Origin: Paraspadella gotoi
Lineage: Eukaryota; Animalia; Chaetognatha
Length of the DNA: 64,000 nucleotides
Assembly (NCBI GenBank): GCA_051294375.1
Contig: JBJCIZ010000282.1
Coordinates: forward strand, 1-64,000
Direction of reading: 5' to 3'
In this document: in pieces, positions 26,789-39,190 of the stretch
Position numbering within the stretch: position 1 is the stretch's first letter
Layout: every line of letters starts with the position of its first letter
Translations under genes and position numbers: made by a program
The notes under the pieces: generated by a model
Told to the model about the DNA's origin: nothing
Seen by the model: the letters and a program-made list of their open reading frames with translations, nothing else
Databases searched by the model: none

Positions 26789-29700
26789 ATCAGTATTTTT
26801 AAAAATTTTGTGCATATACCCTACCAGTTTAAACAAATTCATGGAACCTTGTAAAGTCAAGTAGTTTACAAATAAATGTTGTAATTCTTTCAATATATAT
26901 AATTTTTAAGCTAAGTTTAATCAAGTCTTTTCGTATCACTCCAGATAGAAGTCCCAGACTCCCAGTATTAAAGCTCAGGTTGATGATGGTTAATTACCAA
27001 CAGTTTTTATCACCAGAAAGACTTTTTCAAGGGGTAAAACTAAAAAGGGAACGTCTAAAGGATCATATTAGCAATATATATCATATCAATACAGTAGTTT
27101 TGTCCAGCTCTTAATATTTCTTTTTTTTTTTTTTTAATAAATTATTTAGCCTTTAAAGTTAGAATATATTTAGAACCGTTTGTATTAGTATAATTTAATT
27201 TTTTTTTCTCTCTCATCACAGAGGAAACCGGAATCAGACCGACGACGTGAGAAGATTCGAACTCTCTCATTGCTGGAATAACAAATGGCAACAGCCAATG
27301 GTCAGCCTGTGGATAAGGCGCTACGTGGGCTGAAGATGACTGTCCGTAACTTCTCTAACCCCCTCCTAGCAGCCACGGAACGGGTCCCTGGGCTTGGAAC
27401 CAGGCTTGAGGGTTTGCCATGCCCCCAAGGCGGCTTACGGCCGTCCTCACGCTTCCCGCAGGGTAGGTACCGAGTTGGGATTGAACCCGGTACCTAGTGG
27501 TCATGAGCTGATGGCTTTACTCAATGAGCCACCGGGTCACAACTGAAAGTGTCATGATTCTAGCGGGGTGAACCTAGGCAATGCCCGACTACATGCCCCC
27601 CAGATTGTAACCCACCTGCACTGCTTCCAGTGAGGGAGGGGAGCAATCTTTCAGCTAGACCAAGGGCCTGGAATCAGAAGGTTGGAATACGCTCGACAGG
27701 ATGGGCTCACCAGTGTGATAAGGCGCTACGTGGGCTGAAGATGACTGTCCGTAACTTCTCTAACCCCCTCTAGCAGCCATGGAACGGGTCCCTGGGCTTG
27801 GAACCAGGCTTGAGGGTTTGCCATGCCCCCAAGGCGGCTTACGGCCGTCCTCACGCTTCCCGCAGGGTAGGTACCGAGTTGGGATTGAACCCGGTACCTA
27901 GTGGTCATGAGCTGATGGCTTTACTCAATGAGCCACCGGGTCACAACTGAAGTGTCATGATTCTAGGCGGGGTGAACCTAGGCAATGCCCGACTACAAGC
28001 CGAGCTTCCATCGCGCACGAAATCCTCCCGAGTCGCCGATCCGGTTCCATTGTATAAATATTAAATACCCTTGTTTTCAATGTCGAATCAATCTGTCCAA
28101 AAATTGACACCGTTTTTTTAATGTACATTTTCTCTCCAATAAATACATTTCGATTTCGTCCAGAATTCCCTGTTTACTTACTGAAATGTGGTGGCAGTGG
28201 TGTGATTCGAACCCACGCCTTTTTCCAGTTTTTTTTGCCACAGCTCTGCTTTAATCTATTTCCTCCTTCTGCCCACCTAATTTTATCTCTCTCTTTGTCT
28301 CTCTCTTTCTCCCCCTCCCTCTTACCTAAAACCCCGGCAGCGACGATCCTTTTTTGATTTCTGCTTTTTTAAATATTTAAAATTCATTTTTATAATCAGT
28401 TAATTTTATAATTAATTGCTGAAACAAGACGAAATGAGTATTGAAGTTATTTTCATTACAAATCATAGCAACGAAGGAGGTAGGCGTAGTTTTTATAAGG
28501 GAGAAATAAGAGGAGTTTTATTGACATAAGAACATGTTGGGATATGATAATTAACATAACAAAATATGTAGATTATGCAGAGAAAAGCAGGCAATAAACA
28601 ATATAACAAATAGTCCATAAGGAGTTTGATGTTAGTTCTTGTTCCCTCTCTCGTTTCTCTGCCGTTGGTTTCTGAGGAAGCCTCCTCTCTGATTGGTCAA
28701 TCAGAAGAAACGACGGAGAAGCCAAGAGACAAGTCACTTGATAATCCATTCTCTGCATTGTCACCCCCTCCCATTGCGAAGACCTTCTCTGTCATCTGAG
28801 AATTGGTCGAGTGTGTTCTTTTTTCCAAGTCTCTATTCATCCATCTTCTATGTGTGTTATATTGGCCCCTTGTCAAGCTCATAGGTCCACCTCAGGTGTG
28901 GATAAAAAGGCTGTGGAGAAGTTGAAGTCCACCATGGGAGTATTGTTTTGTCATCCAGTAGTGATTGTGATGAAAGGAATTTAATCTGCCCATTTGTTTG
29001 GAGTGTGCCTTCTAGGTTTTGCCAATGGTTTAGCTGGATGTATCTGGTTGTTAGGTTTTGGTGGAATGATGGTGGTTTTATTTAAGATCCATCAGTTTTG
29101 GGATGATTCTGACAGGAATCTGCTTGTTTTTTCGTCGCAAACGCTTAGCGTTTGCGAGGATATTGTAACGCTTTTGCCCATAAGTGGCGTCGTTGTCGTC
29201 CGCGTTCCAAATTATAGATCGCCTTTTTTATGATTAAATTTGGGTTTATGAAGTTGGAAAATTTATATACAGCTTCTCATCACCGATGTGCTTAAATTGA
29301 GTCTGGACAGTTATTAAATATGTTTTGTTTACGTTTTATCAAAACAAACAAATTTTCTCTATTTTATTTTCATATTTCTCTCTCTCTCTCTTTTCTCTTT
29401 TAATTACATTTATCTCTCCCTCCTTTTTTCCCTATTCACCGATTCATAATCATAGGGAAAAAACGAGTCTGCAGCTGGCTCTGCAGGGGCTTTATTCTTT
29501 TCTCTCTTTTCTCCTGCTGCTTCTGCTGCTGCCTTTTGATTTCTTTCTCTGCAGCTGGCTCTGCAGGGGCTCTTTCTTTTTCTCTTTTTCTCCTACTGCT
29601 TCTGCTGCTGCTTTTGATTCTTTCTTTTATCGAGCCATGACCGGCGAAGCCGGTTCAGGCTTGATTTTGTTTTCGGGTGTGAGCTTCTTGTGACGTAGTC

Positions 29701-32700
29701 GTCGTGTCGTCGTCGTCGGGCGTCACGCTCTTTTTTATCGAGCCATGACCGGCGAAGCCGGTTCAGGCTTTATAATGTTTTAGGATTGCTTCTTTGTGAC
29801 GTAGTTGTAGTCGTCGTCGTCGTCACGCTTTTTTGTATAAAAACTACTATGCTTTTATAGTTTTGCTGGACTTACCGTTTTTTTTTAAATAAAAATTATT
29901 ATATTATTATGATGAAGTTATAAAAGTGTGCGATCATAGTAAGTTAAAAATTTAGATATGGCTTCTTCATCTTGAAATACTTTGATATTTTCTCATTACA
30001 TTTGGATTTAAGTATTTTTGTTTGAATTTCCACTTCATTATGATTTACTGCAAATATGCAAATGAGATTATAGTACTCATTATACATATCCCAAATTAGT
30101 ATATAGAAATGCTTTAATCTAATTTACATATTGCAGTATATTAATATTGAAGATGAAATTCAAAATTTTTTTTTTAAATCTATAATAAAAATGGGGAACT
30201 CAAAGAAACTTTTTAATGAGAAGCTATATCTAATTTTAATACAAATAAAATAAAATCTTTTACAAGCTGCGATTGGAAAATTGTCGCCGACGACGACGAC
30301 CCCGTCAGCCCCGGGCGCCAGGCTGAACTGCGCTTCGCCACAGCCGCCTCAACAGCTGCCGCCTAGGCAAGAAGACGAGGAGCTCGTCTACAACACTGCC
30401 ATCGGCGCCTCCCTAGACTTCGACGCCCAGGACCTCGAGCGGAGCTGGAGCAGCCTCTGACCGCGACCCGCACTTACTCCCGCTCAGGGCTGACTTAAAG
30501 AAATGGCAACAAAGCAACGATGACATCAAATCGGTCGCGGCGATCCTCACCATGGAACCGACGCCGTCAAGATCCACTTCGCGTCCATCAAAGCGAAGTT
30601 GTTAACAAAGACGCAAGCATTTCTCTTCGTGGTAGCTGACGACTTGTCCACCTTGGACGATGGAATCCTCTGCGTGATAGGGTTCCGGATGAAACAAGGA
30701 CTTCGCGTTTCATCGTCCCTCCTGAACACTTAGAGGAAATCATCCGCCTAATCCACGACCGCCGTTGACCACCCCGGCCGCGACAGAACCGCGTATATCA
30801 TTGCACAGTATGTAGCAGCACCTGCCTAGTCGCGGCTTGCTCGAAAATAGTGCTCGAGTGCGAAACTTGCCGGAAAGCGACGGATAAATGAGATTCAGCG
30901 AGACGGAATCAGGACCGACACGCGCTAATCCCGTGGGAGTTGCTGTGCATAAGACGTTATGCACTTACCTCAAGCGGCGGCTTTCAATCGTTTGGTTGCC
31001 TCTGACAACGCCTCCGCCTACACGTGGCCGATCCAATTCGCCGCACAGACGCAAACCATATTATCACTGCCGCTTGACAAACAATTTTTAGCCTTCACGG
31101 TTCGTACCTCGAGATAAACTTTGACGGCCGGACTTCGCTAAATGGTGAAGAATTCGAAGCAACCTGACTTACTGGATATGAGCGGGAAACGGCGGATATG
31201 TCATCTCCCAAATCCTCCGCCCCGCGGGGTGGTTCTAGGGGCGGCCCAGGGGGCAGACTATTCCAGGGGGAGCAGCAAAATGGTCATTGAGGGGGCGCCC
31301 TAATAGACCCAAAATGTTTGCCCCAGGGGGAACCCCCTGGGCGGCCCCCTGGAGCCAAAAAAGTCTGCCCTGGGGTAACCCCTTGGGGAGCAAAAAAGTG
31401 CTCCCCCTGGGGCGAGTTAAGAGAGAGCAAAGTTTAGATAAAAAATATACTTTTCTGACAATGTTATTGTATCTGAGAATCTCTCCCTGTCTGTTACTCT
31501 CTCTTTTCTCTCTTTCTCTCTTTCTCTTTCTCTCTCACTTTCTCTCCTCTCTTCTCTCTTTCTTTACTCTCTCTCTCTTTTTTGTCTTTTTTTTTCTTTC
31601 TTTTTTCTTTTTCTCTTTCTTTCTCTCTCTCTATCTTTTTCTCTCTCTCTATCTTTCAAGACTTGTTTTATGTAACTAAAAAAAAAATATACATTTTTTT
31701 CAAATTATTGTTAACTCGTTTATTCCATATTTTATCTAAAAATTATAATATTTGTATTTTTTAACTTAATTATTTTATTTCAATTAAAAGATATAGAAAC
31801 AATTTGAGCAAACAATGTATGACATGGCCACAATATTTAGTGGTTAAGAAGCTAATCAGTCATCTGTCTTTTTTTTTCTTTTCCTTTTTCTCTTTTTTTC
31901 TTTTTTTTGATGGACAAACTGATGACTGATAGAGAGAGACATAATTTTTAAAAAAAATTTCTAATTTATTAAATAAATCATAAATAAACAAATAATGGGC
32001 AAGTAATCGACAGACCTACTTAGTAGAGTGATATGAAAAATAATAAAATTTTGGGGAAATTAAAATTTAGCATATAAAACATGAACATAAAACTAATTAA
32101 AAATATTTGGTAAATTTATTTTTAATTTATACATTATCGGCACCAGTGAGCTATATTTATATATAGTAATAAGTATATAATAGCTAAAATTTCAAAATAC
32201 AAATTTTTTAAATTTTAAGAATCGGATTTGGATCTTTGCAAAAAGTTATTACAAAAGAAAGTACAATCTTTTTTAAAAATTCTTTCATTAAGTTAATCAA
32301 AATATAAAAAACTATATTTAAGACGCCGATTTTGAATTTCCAGCCTTTAAAATATAGTTTTTATAATTTTAACTTAATAAATGACATCATATTTGAAAAA
32401 GATTTATACTTCTTCATATTATTTACTTTTAACAAGGAACCTGAATCTGTTCTCAGAATTTTAAAAAAACTATTTTGAAATTTTTGACATTATTATAAGG
32501 TAGTACTATATACAAATAAGCTGACTGGGCAATTATATTTATAAAAAAAAGAAAATAAACAACAGATTAGTATTCACTAATATGATAGTTTTCAAGATAT
32601 AACTGCTAAATTTTTGATTCCAAACTTTCACTTCACCCTACTACTTACGTGAATTATGGAGTCCCAAAAACTATTCAGTTCAAGATTTTAATTCATGATC

Positions 32701-33632
32701 AACATTAAATGAGATCCACATCATGAAATAATTTTTTTCATTTAAGATTGTAATTAATAATTGTCAGTTTGTAGATTGCCTCTGATGAACTCACGTTGTT
32801 GAGAAAGGCTGATGGTTTGAGAGAGAGAGAGTAAGCAAAACTTTATATCTAGCTCAATCATACACTTTTCTACCCACACACAGATTCATTCCAATCCATA
32901 TATCTAATCACAAATAATTTGAGTTTAATGCTAATGGGGATGGACTTAAAGACTGATATTAATAATTAATTAATTAATTAATTATTTTTTATAAGTGAAT
33001 TAAAAAACCATCCTACTCTTTATTCTACTATTTAAATTTCATAGATGAATAAGAAAAAATTTTGTGTGTTGGTAGATTATGAAAGTTTATCAAATTCTAA
33101 AAGTTGACCTAATTATATCAGTTGACAAATTATGTCATTTCACTAAATTATGCAAGTTGACCAAATTATGCATATTGGTGTTGGCGCAGCTATTGGTTCA
33201 TTGATTGATTAATTGAATGAAAAATATATTTTATTTTATATTTTATATAAATAAAAGATGAAAAAAGAAAAGAAGATTAGAGAAAGAGAGAGAGAGGGGA
33301 GAGAGAGAAAGAGAGGAGAGGAAGAGAGAAATAGGGAGGAGAGAGAGCCGTTCAGGGGCAGGCAAATTCATCCCCCGGGATGGCCCCCGGGGGAAAGGTT
33401 TTCTAGCCCCTGGGGGTTCCCCTGGAGTGGCCCCTTGGGACCAAAAAAAAGAGGCTACAGGGGGCCGCCCCAGGCAGTAAGGATTTGCTTGCCCCCCAGG
33501 CCGCCCCGGGGCCACCCCGCGGGCCGCCCCTAGCAGCGCCCCCGAGGAGGCGATTCTGAAGGATGACATACTTGGAAACGCGTCCTCGTATCAAGGAAAA
33601 ATAGTAATCGCGCAGAGGGACATCGGGCGCAT
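26789..33632 (-). repeat. Right arm of inverted duplication (indel-rich, ends at a 25-N gap)
   Basis: Contains mirror copies of the TRIM, LTR-D, family B integrase, MULE-like element and hAT-3. Confidence 0.95.
27308..27997 (-). mobile_element. Mirror copy of the TRIM in the inverted duplication
   Basis: Reverse complement of 23212-23904 with the same flanks (AGCC TSD). Confidence 0.9.
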
Positions 33633-33887
33633 CTCTTTCTCTTTTTTNNNNNNNNNNNNNNNNNNNNNNNNNGCCGATAGAAAAATAAAAATTTCGTCGA
33701 ATACTGCTAATCGCTATCAAAGGCAGCAAAACTTATATCCTTAGAACTTAATGCTTCTGGTTCACATTGAAGTTTACCTGCAACTTCTGATTCAAATTTT
33801 CTCCTATCTTTTACGCTAAATTGTATACAATCACCAAGAAAAATCTTCGGTAAAAGATTCAGATTGAATCTTTTTTGATTTTGATAT

Positions 33888-34247
33888 CTTTGCCGTTTTG
33901 TACTATTTTTGGCGAATAAAATATCACGATCGAAAATAGAGGCAAACAGAGTTTATTTAATTATTTACAATTTAAGCGCAGTCACAAAATCTAAGCTAGA
34001 AATTATTGTACAACCATTCGGGCCGAGGGCAGCTTCACTTCTGAAATCATAGTCTCTCCTTCCTATTCCCTCGGCCCATGAAACGTCCCCTTTGCCCTAG
34101 TCCCACTCGAAGCCCTATGATTTGCTATGACGTTTGTGCACGATCGAATGAGAGAGAGGGAGAGAGTGAGAGGGGGGAAAGGGGAGAGAGAGAGAGAGAG
34201 AGATAGGGTTGATCTGAAAGGGGAGGCGGATCCCGTATCCGCTGACG
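33888..34247 (-). repeat. 3' LTR of family A
   Basis: Direct repeat of 43909-44268, preceded on the minus strand by a G-rich tract. Confidence 0.97.
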
Positions 34248-34263
34248 CGCCCCCCCGCCGCCC
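34248..34263 (-). promoter_or_regulatory. Polypurine-tract-like G-rich plus-strand primer site
   Basis: Minus strand GGGCGGCGGGGGGGCG immediately upstream of the 3' LTR; the same motif is at 62951 in the sister copy. Confidence 0.75.
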
Positions 34264-34302
34264 ATGACGAGGAGCCAGGTCTTAGAATGGCGTCGAGTCT
34301 TC

Positions 34303-36160
34303 CTAGCGCCCCGAGGTTCGTCCGATGGCGGCGTCGACGTTTCTCCCGATCGCTTCCGCTTGGCAGCAGCCGCAGCAAACGCACAGCGCGACCACGCCTC
34401 CAATGGCGACGATGCCCATGAGGGGGGCCAGGTTCACCAACCAGTTCCAGATTTCAATTAGCGAGGAATCACCGAATATCCGCCGGATAAACGATGACGG
34501 CCATCCGGCGGTGATCTCGCCTAGGCGTTTGTTGAACCTCTGGGTTTGCCCGATGAACTTGGCATGGCGGTCCATGAATTGGTCTACCTCTTCGTAGATC
34601 GAGAACTTGCTGGTCACGTGGTGCTGGGCGTCCGGAAGCGTGGTTCTGAGCGTCTGGTACTTCTCGAACGGGTTTCCGTCGTTGTCTACGAATTTGTTTC
34701 CTTGTTGGTAAACCGGGGGAGGCGAGCAAGGCGTTTCGAAAGAAGAGTCGATCACGTGATGATATATGGCGTGGCGATACGCCTTGCGTCCCCCGAACAT
34801 TATGGGCAGATCCTGGAAACATTCCTGGTTTCCCGTCGAAGAGCGAGCGTTTGTCGGCATCTCGCGGTGACCAACAATTCTCCACGGAGGACGGCGATTT
34901 TGCCGCGGTCGACAAAAGCGGTGGCCGCTGGCGAGCGATGTGCTTCGATCGCCGCTGTCCTCGCCTCGCAAGCTCGTGTCACGCAGAGCTTGTGCCGTAC
35001 GGCCTTGGTGAGAGAGTCAATGTTTTTCTGGTTGTCTTGCGCGAGCTTCGATGCAGTCTCATGGAGCGCCTCCATCACCGAGGTGTCTCGCTTCAGGCCT
35101 TGGATCCGGCCCTCCGTATAGAAGAAATGTGGTGAGGACGTTTCGTCCACCACCAATCCGCAACTGGAGATTCTCGTCTTCTTTCCGGTTAATCTGAGAG
35201 TGAAGGCGGCGTCACTGGTGCCGCCACACATGACATCACCTCTATAACCCTGGCGGTATCCGGATACCTAGCCTCCGAACAACTCGTCCAACATTCTCCA
35301 AATCGATCCGCTCCCTTCAGCAGATCCCCGCACAGGGTTGGAGCTCCATTTGCGTTGTGGCATCGGTTGATCGCCTTCCGGATGTCGGCTTCGGAGACCG
35401 CCCTTATGATTCCATCCTGGGACCGATACATCCCTCCGGTATATCCGACCACGGCACGGCATCGGGCATCGTCCCACACGACGATTCCGCCTGGATAATT
35501 ACACTGTTGCTTTGCTATATCGCAAGATCCCGCCTTTGAATCTACTCTGTCCGCCACCCTGACCTTTCTTTTGTACAGGGTGAGATTCGAGGCCAGCTTG
35601 GCGTTTTCGGAGGTATACAACCGCCCATGGAACTTCAGCGACTCGCCTGTGCAGCTGCCGTCCGTGTCCATTGTTCCTACTTGATGAGATATCAAATTGG
35701 TTCCTTCCTTTCCTTTGATTTGTATGGGTTGAAGGACGCCGGCTTTGTCGCTCATGAGTATCGGGATCTTGCTCAGCGTGATTCTTTTTCCGGCGTGCAG
35801 ATCTAAACATTCCTGCCTCTCTAGGCTGAAGTGGTAGATGGCATCTATGTTCGGGTATTGGATGCTCCACCTACCGCAGAGGCGTCCGGTGGCGATGATG
35901 ACGAGGTCACATCCATACCCGTCGTGTTCCATGGTGTCTGGGTGGAATATCAGGTGAGCCGTGCGCAATTCCTCTTTGACTTTGTTTGCCTTTTCGCATT
36001 CTCTTTCATCTAATGCAATAGCCGTGTGGTCGGATGTGGTGTTGCAGTCGTAGACCTCTATCCTTTGTTTGAGTATTCCATGCCCGTTTTCTCCGACGAG
36101 CATGGTTCCGGCGGTTACCGTGGCTACCGTGAGGATCAACACGATCGTTTCGGTCTGCAT
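34303..36160 (-). pseudogene. env: Envelope-like glycoprotein (~620 aa reconstructed, 2 frameshifts), chuvirus/class III fusion-like
   Basis: Signal peptide MQTETIVLILTVATVTA; VYDC...C...GCDLVIIATGRLCGRWS...ECLDLHAG...GTMDTDGSCTG; C-terminal TM segment LMGIVAIGGVVAL followed by CVCCGCC; lies between pol and the 3' LTR. Confidence 0.88.
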
Positions 36161-36832
36161 TCTGTTTGGGTTTAATACTGCTTCTTTTATTTTTTAGCCT
36201 TTGTTTGATCTTTATAAGGTCTTTTGTTTCCTTTTCTTTATCCTTTAGTTTTCCTCTTTACACTTACTTGGGTTTGCTCGTGTTTCCTTTTTCTTCTTTA
36301 AAAACAAAAGATCGTTTCGTTTTTTTTCTATTTTTTTTCTCTCGAGTCTTACTTGTTTTGTCGAAAATAGTTTCGAGTGGTTTTGAGCGCTCTACGCTCT
36401 GTTCGCTCCTTTCTCAGGCGCTCGTGACTCGTCGTTCGTTCTATCGTCGTCTCGAGCGTCTGGTCTGCCCCCTTCCTCCTCCGGGCGATCGTAGCGCGAT
36501 CGGCCGGCTTTTTCCCGGTGAGTTGGGTTGAGGAAGAAGTAGGGCTCTCTGTCTGTTCTGGCCTATTTCGCTTTGGATTTATCTTTCTTTCCTTTCTTTT
36601 TGCTTTGTTACTTTGTTTAGCTATATTTCTTTTTGATTTTTACCTTGAAGTTGTCTTCGTACTATGTTCTTTTCTTTTGGATTTATGAGTTAGTCATAAC
36701 ACCTTGCTCTTTCTTTCGGTCTCTCATTACTCTCTTCAATCACTTTTGGAATGTGTTATCGTTTACAAAATATTTACAAATTTACATAGGACCTTTTCAT
36801 TTTCTTGAACTTATGTCCTGAAATCTCTGAGT

Positions 36833-37782
36833 CACCGCCTTTCAATTTGAGGCGGCGTCTGTGATAGAGTGAGCGTTTGCCGTTGACGTTTTACTACGTA
36901 ATGGTTGCCTCTTGCTTCGATCACCTTGTGCGGTCCTGTGTACATCGTTTTCACCTTTGTTTTGTGTTGGTGCGGCGCCTGTTCTTAATAAATCGTGCCT
37001 TACGTAGACGTCGTCGCCTGGTTTGACTTTCTTTGGATTTCTGAACCGGTTTCCTCTTTTTTGCTTGCCTATGTTTGAGGAATCTTTGTTCGACAATTTG
37101 TTTCTGAGCTTCTTGCTGGTTGTCCGCTCTTCTTTGTGCGTAATCCGCTAGGCATTCGTACAACTCTTCGTCCGGCGCTTCTATCAGTCTTGCCTGTTTC
37201 CGAACTGGAGTTCGTGAGGTGACATGTTTGTTTTCCAGCCTGTTATGGGCGTCACGTTTAAGGTAAGCATTAAGTAAGGCAGTGCCTTGATCCATTTGTT
37301 TGGATCATCGTTTAGGGATTTCCTCAACGCTTGCCTGATCCGGCCGATGTCTCTTTCGGCCCGGTTACTATTCTTTCTTGAAACTAGGATTCGTCCTCCG
37401 CTCATTTCCTCACCATTCAGCGACGTGGCGCCATCGAAGTTTATTTCTAGATAGTTTCCGTATAGCAGGAATATGTTTGCGTCGAGGGCCTTGATTACGT
37501 GTTGTGCGTCAGCGCGCCTTAGTGGAATCGCCCAGGTGTAGGCAGAGGCGTTGTCCGAGGCCACTAGGACGTGATTGCAACCCCCACTGGGAGGTAAGTG
37601 CATGACGTCGATGCTTAGTGATTCCCAGGGGACTCGCGCTGCCGTTGGTCTCGATTCAGTTTCGTTGAATTGCATCGTCGGTGGCGCGCCTACAGCGGTC
37701 GCACTCGAGTACCATTTCTCCGCATGAGTTTACCATATTTGGGGCCGCTATGTATTGTGCTGCCAGGTAAGCTGAACGGTCT
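36833..37782 (-). pseudogene. pol: Integrase (HHCC, DDE core, GPY/F-like tail), frameshifted
   Basis: PWESLSIDVMHLP, INFDGATS, NSNRAERDIG, SPHELQFG; ECDRC zinc-finger cysteines near 37700; YTGPHKV near 36930. Confidence 0.93.
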
Positions 37783-38664
37783 CTACCTGGGTGGCCAAGC
37801 TTTTCGTGTATTTTCCTCACTACCTCCTTCAGGTTCTGCTACAGAATAATATATCTCGTTGAGCGACTTGTGGCGGTGAATCCGATAACGCAAAGGATTC
37901 CATCTTTGGTTCTCTAAGTCATCTACATTTCGGAGGAGGAATGCTTGTGTAGGCGTAAGTGATTTCCTCTTCCCCGCTTCGAGGTGTGTTCTGAGGCCTC
38001 TTGCGCCATGGTTTTTGTATATTTCTCTGGCGTCTTTGATCTCGCTGCATTCGTTTTGCCAGATCTTTATCTCTGCTCTCATCGGCATCAGTGAGGAGTC
38101 ACGCTTGATGTTGTTTAGTAAATCCTCTTCGAGGTCGATTTCGTCCACCTCAACCGAAGCTTCGATGGCCGAATCTGTGGTTATCTCCGTATTTTGATTC
38201 GCTTCAGCTTCCCTACCTTTGTGAGTGGGTCTTGGCTCCTGGAATGTAGGCTCGGGTGAGTTTCGGCTTTCACCTATTTTGTTTGTTTCCGGTCTGGTTT
38301 CGGATCCGGCTGGTTGTTCGTGTTCGGTTCTGTCGGGCGAATTGGGTGGGCCCGCTATCCTCTCTGGTGGCTGGTCGTCTTGGGATGGGGGTCCCGCTCC
38401 TCTTTGCTCGTATGGTTCTGGTGCGTTGCTCTTTTGTCCTCTTTGGCTTTGGCCATCGGGGCCTGCTTCTGTTATTTCGGAATTTGGCGGTGCCGCCTCA
38501 TCTCTGTCCACCTCGGTTGGCGTTTCCAATGGCGGCCCCGGCGTTCTTCTCCGATTCTGATTTACAGGCCCCGTGTGGAGGTTGTGGTTTATTCTTATGG
38601 TGTTGGTGGGAAGCATTGATGACGGTCTCATTATCGGTGCCGGTGCGATTCTGGCTCTGGGCAC
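37783..38664 (-). CDS. pol: Low-complexity Pro/Glu/Gln linker and pre-integrase region of pol
   Basis: About 170 aa of disordered-looking sequence, then IKIWQ...LTPTQAFLLRNVDDL, homologous to family B LKKWQ...LTKTQAFLFVVADDL. Confidence 0.75.
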   Translation of the reverse strand: MPRARIAPAPIMRPSSMLPTNTIRINHNLHTGPVNQNRRRTPGPPLETPTEVDRDEAAPPNSEITEAGPDGQSQRGQKSNAPEPYEQRGAGPPSQDDQPPERIAGPPNSPDRTEHEQPAGSETRPETNKIGESRNSPEPTFQEPRPTHKGREAEANQNTEITTDSAIEASVEVDEIDLEEDLLNNIKRDSSLMPMRAEIKIWQNECSEIKDAREIYKNHGARGLRTHLEAGKRKSLTPTQAFLLRNVDDLENQRWNPLRYRIHRHKSLNEIYYSVAEPEGGSEENTRKAWPPR

Positions 38665-39190
38665 TCGTCTGCGGTAGGCTCTTTCCTCTTCGATCCTGTG
38701 TTCCAGCCCATGTTTAATATTTCGTCATTAGTGCACGGTCCGTCTACCAGCTGTCTAATGGCTCTGATCCTTCTTTCGGTGTCGCTGATCAATGATGCTT
38801 GGCCTGTGGCTGTTCTGAAGATTCTTATTTCTCTTTCTTTTCCTCCGCCATATACCTTTTCGTATTTACAGCCGGCTTGTGAGGTGCTGTCATCGTCTAA
38901 TATTTTTATGCAAATCCCTGTCATTTCCGCTAGTGCTTCTAGTTCAGGGTGGCCCAGTGACCAGTCTTTCGATGAAATCGTTCTGATGAATGTGCAGGCG
39001 TCTTTTGTTTTCGGCGTGCCATATAGTTTTCTTATGTTCGCCCTCTGGCGAGTAAAATGGTTCTTCATAAACTCGAAGAATTTTGTTCGAAAACTTTTCT
39101 CATCAATGTTTAGTGCATCGGCTATAATTCCGAGTATTGGGGCTCCGCCTACTCCAGGTGGCCTGGCCACGACCTGCCTGACAAGGGTTC
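38631..39190 (-). CDS. OTU-like (putative pseudo-deubiquitinase) domain inserted in pol
   Basis: PPGVGGAPILGIIADAL...FRTKFFEFMKNH...DWSLGHPELEALAEMTGICIKIL...IRIFRTATGQASLI follows OTU motif spacing; catalytic Cys and His appear substituted. Recognised by eye only. Confidence 0.6.

Noticed and set aside
36835-36855. GC hairpin at the end of pol, similar in family B (17112-17130)
   Set aside because: Short stems that overlap the conserved HRxxLK coding motif; could be a by-product of coding.
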